Source of the DNA: Octopus bimaculoides
Taxonomy: Eukaryota
DNA length: 64,000 nucleotides
NCBI RefSeq assembly: GCF_001194135.2
Contig: NC_069003.1
Span: forward strand, 5,637,585-5,701,584
Direction: 5' to 3'
Numbering within the stretch: position 1 is the first letter of the stretch; the number at the start of each line of letters is the position of its first letter. A program made the position numbers and the translations under genes. Below are positions 51,566 to 64,000 of this stretch, in pieces. The notes under the pieces are model-generated. The model saw only the letters and a program-made list of their open reading frames with translations, made no database searches and was not told the DNA's origin.

Positions 51566-54407
51566 CATTAGGAAGGCCATCCTGCCCTAGATGCCATGCC
51601 AAAACAGACATTGGAGTACAACGTAGTCATTGGGACCTATAGGATCCAGTCAAACTGTGCAACCCATGCCAGCATGGAACATGGACATTATATGTTGATA
51701 TATGTGAGTGTGTGTATATTTGTGTCTTCTTGTCTTGACAAAGCATGATAGTTGTAAATGAGTGTCACTCATACAAATAGCAGCCTCCATTTCCAGAAGT
51801 CTGTGAAAACAATTTTTGGCCATGGGAGAAATATTACCATATTTAGAAACAGATGAGGGTTGGTAACAAGAGAGACATCCATCTATAGAGAATCTTAAAT
51901 TCAATTAGAATCGTTCAAGCACAGAAAAGTAAATATTAGAAACAACAAGGATGTTGATGCAATATATGACATCAAGAAGGAACTTGACCTACTCCCACAC
52001 TGGTATGTAATGACCACACCACCACCACCACCATGATATATGTATGAAGGGGGTAAATGTAGGCCAGTATTTGCGTCATTGGCTCGTTACTAAATTTCAG
52101 GAGTGTCAATTATGATTGCTTTCTGCCAGAGTTTAATCATTTTCATACTGTCCCATCTCTGGCTCTTTGCTCCAAAACTACCTTACATTATAATATTATC
52201 CAATCTCTTATGTTCCAAACACCAGCTTCATATTCCGATATGGGACACAAATTGTTTTGCTCAACCTCTTCAAATTTCTTTTCAAGTTAAAATTTAACCA
52301 AAACACAGATGCTGTCATTTCATATAAGAAATATAGTTATAAAGGGATTAGATTGGGGATTCCCAACCATTTTTTGCCAATGGATTCCCTTTGATATGTA
52401 TTTTACTCTACTGGACCCATTCAGTGTTTTAAAAAAATCCTATTCTATTCTAATAATTAAATATCATTAGGAATTGTAAGAAAAGTTCATTAAAATATTT
52501 TGTGTAGTGTAGAAATATAACCAAAATCTTATATGGACCCCACAAAGGTTACGCGTGCCCCAGTTGATTAGATAATGGGGTNNNNNNNNNNNNNNNNNNN
52601 NNNNNNNNNNNNNNNNNNNNNNNNNNNNNGGGGTCCTGTAAAGGAGATATTCAGAACTAGTTGTCTACATAAACATGTACTTGAAGGTATAGTCTCATTT
52701 AAAAGGGAGTGAGTTTCTGAATGCTAGATAACTGTCAAAGATCCTTTTAGTAAGATAGGAAGGGGACAACTGAAAGAATTTCTTTTTCATTTGCTGAGTC
52801 TGGAGGGAAGGGGCTGTGCAGTACCTTTGTAGATCCTCCAAGACTGCTGTGTTTGAAAGCATTTGTTGATGTTTTGTTTAATCTTTTAGGATTCGGATTA
52901 CTTTGTCAAACGTATTGCTTAATTATTCACATTGTTTTGAATTAATCATGCATTTGAGATTTCAATGACGGGATTGCTTATTTTTAGAATGACAGTGTAG
53001 AGTAGGTATGAGAGGCTGGATCTGGCTGGTTTGAACATAAAACAGGTAGAACATCTGGGCCAAATTACAGCTGGTTTAAGTGCCAAACAGTTAAATTGTT
53101 GCATGTCAACACAAAACCAACCCTGATTGAAAAGACCTAAAATGAAAGGCATTTGCCACAGGTGTTGACCAGCAACAGTTTAAATAGAACACTAATAGCA
53201 ACAACCTCATCAGTTTCAGGTGACCTACAAAGGCTATGGGCACTGTCCTTTCCCCACAAACTCAGCAACTATAAAAATTTTTTTTTAAACCCAGTTGTGA
53301 TCATTCTATGTTATTAGGCATATCTCTGACTAGGTTATCCTGTACTGCCTTTGAAACGAAACCCAGTATCTTCATGCATATGCTTGTGTGACAATAACAT
53401 GCATGAAGCAGTGGCTTTCAACAAGCGCTGCAGTAACTGGTTTCAATCACCAAAGTTACGATGAGTTTACAACTTACAAGAGTTGTTTGGTGACCCTAGG
53501 CAAGTTATTTACTTTCATAGAGTTTAGTTAAAAATATGTGCATATGGGCCAATCCTGCTTCTTACAGAGGAATAAGGGCCAAATTCGTTACACAGTTACT
53601 TCAAAATTTTTACTGCAAGTAGCCAAAAATATTTGCAAAGATGACCTCAAAGCATTTCATCAGATAGTTACTCGTAAGGAAAAAAATTTATCAATTTCTC
53701 TATTTTGAGGACCAGCTGAAATACCATTATATGGTCTATTCAGTTACAAGCATTTAGGTGAAGTCTACAGCCTGAGAAGGACTTCCTCAAAACCAGTCTT
53801 GGAGACCCTAGAAATATTGGAGGTTGCTGCTATTTTTACTCAGTGGACCAAGTCTATATACGATTCTCATTTTACCCAGGTAGGCATACACATCCCATAG
53901 CCATTTGATGTTTAAACAAAAAATCCCTTTTTTTTTTTTTTTTTACAGTTAAATATTATTAGGAACTGGCTAAAAAAATTGTTGTGTATTGTAGAAATAC
54001 TAACTAATTTATTGATCATAAATTTTAACAAAATCTTATATGGGCTCTCAAGGATCATATGGACCCTGATTGAGAAGCACTGCTCCAAGTCAGAGAAAAA
54101 TTAACATTGACAACTTGATCAACATATTTTTCAACAACTGCCGTGCCCCCGTAGTTAAGACAACTCTGCTTGGCTTCAGTTGGACTGTCAATAGTTGTTC
54201 CACACTTAACTTCACAAATGAATGGTTAGCAAGAAGGGTAGCCAGCTGCAAAAGCAATTACTGCAACATCAACAACAAACTCCCACCACCACTTCACTCA
54301 AACCAACATGGAATATGAGAGTATATATAATCTGGTTCACAAGAAACATAGCTCTGGTGAGATATTTAATTGAAGACTCCACACGAAAACTATCTTCGGT
54401 GTTATAT

Positions 54408-54453
<46 letters not shown>

Positions 54454-55599
54454 GTATGTATATATATACACGAAGCTTGGTTTAAATTCTTCTACTGGTC
54501 TCAGTCAGGCTGAGGCACCGCCTTCTTGGTAGGCGAAGGATACTGTTTGATTATATGCATTAAATTCACCCCAGAAAGATAAAAGGAAGATTAAGTGAAC
54601 CTGTAGGGCTTAATCACAGCGAATACTTCACATATCCTGTTCATTCTATTTACATTGCAATTAAACACCTATCAATCGTTGGATGTTATTTGAAAATAAG
54701 GAAAATAAAATGCAAATGGGGAGACAGAAAAAAATTGATAGCGTTTGCATAGTTTGGAGAAAAATTTAAATAGCATCACATATCACGTACATACACACTT
54801 AAAAAATCTCAACTTTTCACTTTTCCACTCTCGTCTATAGATTTTATAAAAGGCAGTAGCGGTAAACTTTAGTATTTTTCAAATATAAAAACTAAGACTT
54901 ATTATCATCATAAAAAAAAAAGAAAGACAATAGGATGGGTCATTATTCCACCAGTAGGATTGGTCCCAGAGTATGTAGGGACGGAAGGATCCGAGGTGGG
55001 GGAGGGGAGTAGCTAGATAGCTGGCAATTAAATAGACGGAATCAGAACATACATGATTAAATGAAAGGAATGGGTTAATCCTGCAAGCTTGCCTTTCGAA
55101 ATGGGCAAGGCAGAGACTGTATCAAGTTTGGATGGAGATGAAAGTCCCTCCATAGAGAAGTTTTTTTGGCAAACAGTGTATATAGAAAACACATTTTTGG
55201 CATCTAATTAATTTACAATGTCTGAAAGATTAGAAGAACGGTGGTGGTGATAATGGAAAGCACATAAACCCAAGTCACGTTTGCCATGTAAATAGAAAGA
55301 TTTGCATTCTTAATAATGGTTACTAGTCGTGGTGCTACTACTACCAGAGAAATTATGTAAAGAAGGCTTCCGGTAACATATGTGTATGTGTGTGTGTGTA
55401 GCACTCACATGAACACTGTGTGTGTATGTATGTATGTATGTATATATATAAAGCACTCCTATACCACTAGAGCCGTTCATTTTTATTTCGCTAGACTTAG
55501 TTTCTCGAGTTAAGAATATACGTAGGTTCCACAAAAAAGAATGCAGTATTTCAGGCCAAGAAAAAAATTAAATGAAAATCAACAGTATGAACCAGTCAT

Positions 55600-55638
55600 A
55601 CAAACACTACTACTACTACTACTAATAATAATAATAAC

Positions 55639-55679
<41 letters not shown>

Positions 55680-55680
55680 A
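55600..55680. repeat. (ACT)n/(AAT)n microsatellite; many (AT)n, (AC)n, (AG)n arrays elsewhere, often abutting N gaps
   Basis: Directly visible. Confidence 0.95.
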
Positions 55681-56128
55681 GCTGAGGCCTTATTTTCAAA
55701 GTCGTAACCAAAATTGCCTCAAATGGTATCAGTTATTTATCTAGCGGAAGTTAATATGTCCTAGAAAGTAGGATAGACGACTAAAAATTCCAGTCATCAG
55801 ACGAGTGAACAGAGAGAAGAGAAGGGGTGGGGGAAACTGTGGAGCAAGACGAGAGAGTGGGCGAGAGGAAATGTAAGAGGAAAAAGACGACCACCAGTGA
55901 AAAGTGTGGCCCATAAACTCTCGTTGAATTCAGCAGCAGAAACTGTATATTTTATAAATCAAGAGTGAAAAGAAAACCTAAACCCTCTTAGATATCGCCT
56001 ATCTGAATTATGTTTTTAATTATTATTTCAATGTCATAAAATATGTGGAACTCCACTCCAAAGAAATAACTATAATAGGCGTGGACACGCACACACATTA
56101 TACATATATATTTGTGTGTGTGTGTGTG

Positions 56129-56160
<32 letters not shown>

Positions 56161-56170
56161 NNNNNNNNNN

Positions 56171-56206
<36 letters not shown>

Positions 56207-57160
56207 GGGCGATCTTGTATACATGTATATATAAACATACACGCAAATTTATACACGATATTTATATTGATATAATAAATGTGAGTGCGTCTGTAAGTAA
56301 TCTGTGTGTAGATGAGGTGTTTTGAAAGACATCAAATTATAGTAAATTGAGTGACTGTTTTAATTGTAACTGAGTAGTTGGAGAAAAACAAAATAAAAAA
56401 ATGTATAAAACCGCTGAATAAATAGTCGATCCGTGACTGAAAGAGATTTTGTAAATGAAAGGAAAGTAATGACAGAGTAGGAAAAGGCTTGAGAAGTTTT
56501 TACGGGATTAGATTAAAATGGGTTGGCAGAGAAGTTTGTCACCGAAATAGTCAACTGTAATTAAATTATAATTATCTAGATACACTGAGATTTCAATAAT
56601 AAAAAAATAATAAATAGGTCAGTTTTAAAGAGTCTTATAAAACTGAATAAATTTTTGTTTGAAAAAAATATAAAATGACAAGTAATTGATCGTAACAGGT
56701 TTTATAATCTTTTTACAGAGTTGAGCTTCTTAAAAAAGTTGTGACTGACGAGTGTATTGTATTGTAAGTGACGGTAGGAAGTTGGTAATAATTAGTGCAG
56801 CGTTGGGGGAGGTTAACGATGGGGAAAACTTCTGAAGTGATCCTTGTAATTCTTAAGAAATAAGAGCAGATAGTGGCTACGTCGCTTGAGAAAAATTGTT
56901 AATTTGTCTTTTTAAACAAAATAACATCAAACATAATAACGATTACATTAAAGACAAGACACTGTGGAATTTCTACCGATAGTTTTTAGTGTATGAGCTC
57001 ACTGGGATCTTATAATAAATTGCTGTTTTTCACTGGGAGAAGAAGAGGAAAAAAAAAGCGTTTCTGAAGAGATTCGGCAACGAACGTGTGTTGTAGGAAA
57101 TGTTAAGTAAAAACTGAACAATAAAGCTGGATAAGTTTAAGAATTTAGAACATTACATAC

Positions 57161-57195
57161 CCATCACCAACAACCACACATTTGATTGCTTGCAT
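57161..57195 (-). CDS. RAC1: Rac coding exon 1 (35 nt, MQAIKCVVVGDG)
   Basis: Reverse complement reads ATG CAA GCA ATC AAA TGT GTG GTT GTT GGT GAT GG|gtatgt. Start of the P-loop, canonical donor. Confidence 0.96.
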
Positions 57196-58050
<855 letters not shown>

Positions 58051-59999
58051 GTAGTAACACCATAATCTACCTGTCTAGATAACATCTTATTGAATCCCGT
58101 TACTTTCATTTCAAAGTAAACAATCCTTCAAGTCTGTATGGAACTCTGGATATGTTTACCTGTAAAAATTATTAAGCTGTCTAGCACGATGTATAGAAAT
58201 TGCTATATAATATTCACAGTCCCCCACACCAGTTATGATAGATACCTGTAAAAACCAATCAATTTTCTTTATTACCATGGAATTTAACAATGCTTACAAG
58301 TTTATTCAATGAATGATACTGCTAGGCCCGACTCCCATCTTCACTACACCCATAACAGGTTGCTATGAAGATGTATCTACTTACCTACATTGACAATATG
58401 AAGATTTGAAATAAGATAACGGGACCCTTAAATATAACACGGGTAAAAGTAAAGAATACGCCCACCACCCTTTTCTGGTAGTAAGGGTTAGGGTTATGCC
58501 GAAAAACGGGTGATGTGCGTATTCTTTACCTCCGCCAGAACCCGTTGTGAGAGCGTCGGAGAAAATGCTTTAGGTTTTTTTTCCCGGTTTTTTTTACGCT
58601 CCGACTTCAAGTCCGCCGAGATCAACTTCGCCTTTCATCCTTCTGGGGGCGATAAAATAAAGTACTAGTCAAACACTTGGGTCATTGGTATCGACTAACA
58701 TCCTCCCCTGAAAAATGCGGGCATTATACCTTAATTAGACATATTTATTTGTCCCCCCCCCCCCAAAAAAAACCCCAAGGAATCTGCTTGTCCAAACCAT
58801 AATCTTGAAGAAGGGCGATTATGGTATATAAAGTTGATGGTAAAACCCTGAACAAAATTTTTTTCTTTGCATTTTCTATACATTTTAATTTAATCCGTAA
58901 TGGTTTGGCACAAGCTCACATTTTGGGGAAGGAGCAGGGAGAACTTATAATTGATAAATTAACCCATTTATTTGACTGGTATTTTATTAAATCAACGCTT
59001 GGAAGGATGTAAAGGTAAAGTTGACTTCATCGGAATTTGAACTGAGAAAGTTGAGGAGAATGGCTAAATGCTGAAAAGCATTTCGTTTGGTTCTGTCACA
59101 CCACTGTCCATTAATATTTATAATTTCTAACACAGGCACAGTGCCACAAATATGGGGTGAGGGGAGTTAGACAATTAAATTACACCCAGTCTATATGGTT
59201 GGTACTTTAGCCTTCTAATGTTTAAACTGGCCATACCCGACCACAATATTCCATCTGTTTTATGTTCAAACTGGCAAGATGCAACCTCTTGCACCTACCC
59301 TACAATGTCATTCTAAGAATAAACAGTCATATAACCGAAATCTCAAAGCTACAAGATAATGCATGATTAATTCGAATTAATATGAATAAATGAGTATTAC
59401 ATTTGACTGAGGAATCTAAACGCTAAAGCGTTTATAAACCTGCAAGGATGGAAAGCAAAGTTGATGTCAGCAAGACTTGAACTCAGAACATAGAGGAAGG
59501 TAACCAAATAATGAAACTTATTTTTGTTTTGATGCATAATTGATTCTTTGGAGTGAGATCTTGTTTATATTGTAAAGTTTTTTTTTATTTTTATAAGGTT
59601 CTGATTCAGAGTTTGATATAAATTCACTTTATCAAAATTAAAATCAAGATAGATTAGTCCAAGTATTGTGCTTATGTATCCTAAACATAGCATGATGTGT
59701 CAATAATATTTGTTTTGATTCTCCATTTTCAGGGTAATTTTAAATGCATAAAACGCAACGGGTCTTGTCGCAAATTTTTGTTGAGCTATGTTAGTGTGTC
59801 AGATATCTAACAAGTACGCATGCACAAAGGAAAAAAGCGAACAAACTTTTTGGCCAACCCAATCTATATATTTGCTGTTGTCAAAAGTATTTTGTGCTTA
59901 AGAAAGAAGGTGGCCAATATGGCTGCAGCACAAGGTGACTGAAACCCAGGTTATGCCACCACATGTGACTCTACTTTTACCATTTTAAATTAAGAATAA

Positions 60000-62090
60000 A
60001 TTGACAATATAATTTCTGAAACTCTATTACATATGTGAGATGCTACAACATACAAAAAGGGAGACACTATATTGCAAGACAATGTGCCAGGAAAACTGAG
60101 ATTGATAGAAGCAAACTTGCCTTTATTGCTGATAGAAAGAAAGTGGTGTGGAAGTGCCATTATGAGAGGCTGTTGAACAAAAGGAGCGCATGGGAAAAAG
60201 AAGGTCGAACTGCATGCTGACTCAACAGAGGGACCAGCAATTCAAATTGAGAACAGTATGGTAGACAGAGCAGTTAAGTATATGAAGGGGAAAAAGTTGC
60301 TAGTTCATCAGGAGTACTTACCAAGGTGTTCATTATATATAGTGAAGCAAGATACATGCTAGATCTCCAAATGGTTAATCCTCATTATCAATAAATGGAG
60401 ATCCAAATGGTTCTCCATCATTTGACAATGAGGATTGGTAGCTGTACAGAAGGGATGTAGTTAGAGTACAGTGAATACAAACAGTTTGATGTAGCCTTTT
60501 ATATATAGGCCTAGTGATAAGGGAAAGAAGAGAGTGGTGACTATGGTCTATAATCTTGTGGTGTCTGAGGAAAACAGGTGTAAGCGAATGGCTTGTGAGA
60601 GATGTACAAGCTATGTACAGAGGTACAATCATCATCATCAGCAGCAGCAGCATTTAATGTCCATTTTCCATGCTGGTGTGGGTTGGACAGTTTGACTGAA
60701 AATTGTTAAGATGGAGAGCTGCACCAGATTTCTGTCTGATTTGGCATGATTTCTACAGCTGGATGTCCTTCCTATCACCAACCACTCCAAGAGTTGTAGT
60801 AGCTGCTTTTTACATGCCACCAGCATGGGTGCCAGTTACAAAACACCAGCATCAGCCACGACAATGATTTTGGTTGGCTTGACAGGTCTTCTCAATCATG
60901 TTATATTGTCAAAGGTCTTGGTCAGTTGTTACTGCATCCGTGAAGCCTAAAGTTCGAAGGGTGCTTCTTACATGCCACCAGCATGGGTGCCAGGTAGATG
61001 ACACTACGATTTCAATCAGCTTGATGGGTTTTCTCAAGCACAGTATATTGCCCAGCATTCGAAGGGTGCTTTTCACATGCCTCCAGCACAAGTGCCAGCA
61101 TTATGGCAGGTGATCATCAAGGTTTGGTTCTTAGCTCCCTCTTATTTATCATAGCCTATTGGCCTTCTCAAAGGAGTTTAAGTCCCACTGTCTACTCATA
61201 ATCAGGTTGTAGCTGAATCAATAATAGAATTAGAGGAAAAATTCCAGACATGAAAGCAAAATTTAGAACTGAGAGCCCTCAAAGTAAACTTTTTAAATTA
61301 AAACTTTAGCAAGTAGGAAAGAAGACAGGACTCTGGTATCGTAAAGTAAGTAGCTTTGATGAATATACTGAAAAGGGGTAGGTAGAAACACCATGAGTTA
61401 ACCAAAGTAAGCTATGGACTCACAAGAAGTAGAGAATCAGAGGCAGGCTTTGTATGTAGCATATGTACAGGGGCAGTAAGCACCAAGAGCACAAATGAAA
61501 TAGATACTCTTAAATACCTAGAAGGTTCCCTAGAAGTAGATGATAGTTTCTGTTACTTGGATAGCTTACTTAGCAGCAGAGGTGGTTGTTCTGAAAGTGT
61601 TATTGCCAGGGTAAGAGTGGATTGGTAAAAGTTCAAGAGAGCTGTTATCTCTGCTGGTAACAAAGGTCTTTTCTTTCAGAGTGAAGGGCAGATTGTATAT
61701 TGTTTGTGTTCATGCTGCATGGTTGTGAAAAAAGGACCTTGAATGTAGACAGCTTGCCAAGACTACAAAAAAAAAAGATGAAGCAAGCCTGCTCAACTGA
61801 ATGTGTAATATTTGTGTGGATGACCGTCAAAGTACTAATAAGCTGAGAGAAAAACTGGTTGTAAGAGGAAACAGATCTAATATGCAAGGAGGAAGGCTGC
61901 ATTGGCATGAACATGTGATGCACAAAGAAGTACCAAAGCTCTCCAAGTTAGTGGAACCCAAGGAAGAGGCAAACTGAAGAAGAATTGGGATGACATAATA
62001 AAAGCAGACCTGAAGATGCTGCATTTCACAGAGATGACAAAGGACAGTCTTGATTGGCGATACATAGTACTAGAGAAGAGCTGACCACCC
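60000..62090 (+). mobile_element. Decayed RTE LINE interrupted by a nested element at about 60628-61105
   Basis: KVVWKCHYERLLN, LWCLRKTGVSEWLVRDVQAMYRG | insertion | GDHQGLVLSSLLFII, AESIIELEEKFQT*KQNL, LEVDDSFCYL, and a decayed 3' block. Confidence 0.8.
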
Positions 62091-64000
62091 ACAAACAATT
62101 ACAGCGAAATGTACATTAAAATGACGGCAGTAATGGAAGCTGGGCTCTATATGTTTGTTTCTATGTATATACACACTTATATATACATATTTGTACCCTA
62201 CAAAGTCTGTACCTGTTGCTATCTCTGCATCCTTAACTCCTCTCACATCTCCCTGTCACTTATTTCCCTCTTTCATCCATCACTCATATCCACACCACCT
62301 CTATTGCTTGCATAATGGTGGTTGGCATGGAGGCCAACATGCATTCAGTCTCTCCTATCTACCAACATCATCAGTCTACCTCTCTCACTGTCCATGAGAT
62401 CTATGTAATAAGTGACTGCATCAGATCATACTCATCACTGGGCCTACATAAAAAAGGCGACAGTGAACTATCTGTACTCATTGTACTCTAACTACATCTT
62501 TTCTGTATTGCTAGCAATCAAGATGCTTTCTTCCCCAAGCCACTTCAGTTGTACCCACAACAGTTATGCTGTTGCTCCTTTCACCTACCCATTCTGTTCT
62601 TTCTTTTGTCATTGCTCTTTCTCCTGTTCCCCTCCTTGGTCACATCACTGTGAGTAAAGATACATATCTTAGGATTCTGACTGCTCTTTACATTTACAGT
62701 GTACAAGAGGTCCTTTTAGTTCCATTTCTGCAAAGTCTCTAGTGCTGGTGCCAGTACACACTGTAAAGTAGTCGGCAGACAAGTGGAGAGATCCCTCTTG
62801 TGCTGTGTTTCCGAGGACACAACAACCTCACTAATGCTTTTGCTATGAGAGAATGCACTCACTGCAGTCTGTATAATGTTTGGTGATAGGAAGGGCATCC
62901 AGCCAGTGCAACCAAACTAAAATGAAATGTACAAGCACCAGTCTTTGAGAGCAGTGACAACCCATCCAATCCATTGCAGCAGGATATTTAAAGATATTAA
63001 AGTGGATGTAAAAATGATGATGATGATGATGGTAGTGGTGGTGGCCTTGACCAGCAAACCTTCCAACTTGTGCACTTGTGTGTATACACATATGTTTTAC
63101 AAATAGAAATGGAAAAAAATATGCACTCAAGGTGTATAAGTTTGACACTCTGGAAAAAAGGAAGAGTTTGCACTCTTGCAATGGACGTATATATATTATT
63201 TTCATTTCAGTCCAAAAGCTGGGGTACCACCAAAGTATATATGTGCGTGTGTGAGTGTATCATCTTTTAACATATATATATAAGATTTGTCTACATACAT
63301 GCCTTTTAGTTATGTTAAACATAACATAAGGGATAATGCTGTTGAGATTGGTATGCCTACATCTTTCCTTTCAAACCTAGATAAATAAACAGTTTTATAT
63401 CACCTAATCTTCTAAAACAAAGCAAATCAGTTATTTATTTATTTGTTTGTAAAAGATGATCCCTATTACTTACAGGGCCACACCCAAGTAACCCCAATCT
63501 CCTTCTATTGTCCTCAAAAAGCCTAATTTCTTGCTAACTAGGTGGTAATAATATACCTCTTTAATACTGACATATAAATAAATATACATGCACACACACA
63601 CATAAATACAAATATACATACACTCCACTACAACACCAGCACATAACCACCACAGTACACACACACACACACACACACAAACGCTTACACACATGTGCAT
63701 ACACCCTCTCACAAAGGTCTACTTAAGCAAAGCTGATCTAGGGATAAACAACATGCTCTACATACACAAATTATCACCACTACACCACACACACACACGC
63801 ACACATAGGAAGGTATACTTGAGCAAAGTTGACTTGAGGCTAAACAACCACATAACATACACCACCACACAACACAGTCCATTACACTGTGAACATTATA
63901 CACATGCATACATAATACTCTGTAATATGTAAACAAACAAAATAAAGGAGAGTAGTTTGGGAGATTTAAATCACAGATTATGGTAACTTGTTTTATTTTA

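Overview
Eukaryotic, AT-rich, microsatellite-dense draft assembly with many N gaps. The repeat families suggest a coleoid cephalopod, probably Octopus (inference). Two protein-coding genes are supported. (1) A complete Rac1-type Rho GTPase on the minus strand, built by hand from five coding exons: 57161-57195, 40140-40211, 34131-34248, 24834-24896 and 20537-20827. They sum to 35+72+118+63+291 = 579 nt (192 aa plus stop), every junction is GT-AG, and the CDS spans about 36.7 kb. (2) The first coding exon of WDR13 on the plus strand (57596-57674), head-to-head with Rac, with 400 bp between the two ATGs. The supplied ORF track shows only the last Rac exon and misses WDR13. The rest is transposon debris and simple repeats: a full-length decayed rosa/DD41D-like mariner, Tc1/mariner fragments, hAT and piggyBac-type MITEs, RTE-clade LINE relics, CRE- and HERO/NeSL-like restriction-endonuclease LINE fragments, and at least three tRNA-headed SINE families. 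The most interesting signal is splice-site evidence that the Rac and WDR13 5' ends may interleave or overlap in antisense. Other leads are a PHD-like finger inside an RTE reverse transcriptase, a 5'-inverted RTE, a hairpin with a telomere-repeat loop, and a candidate unannotated promoter near 6.2-8.0 kb. No prokaryote-type system (CRISPR, operon) is present, and I found no clearly novel biological system.
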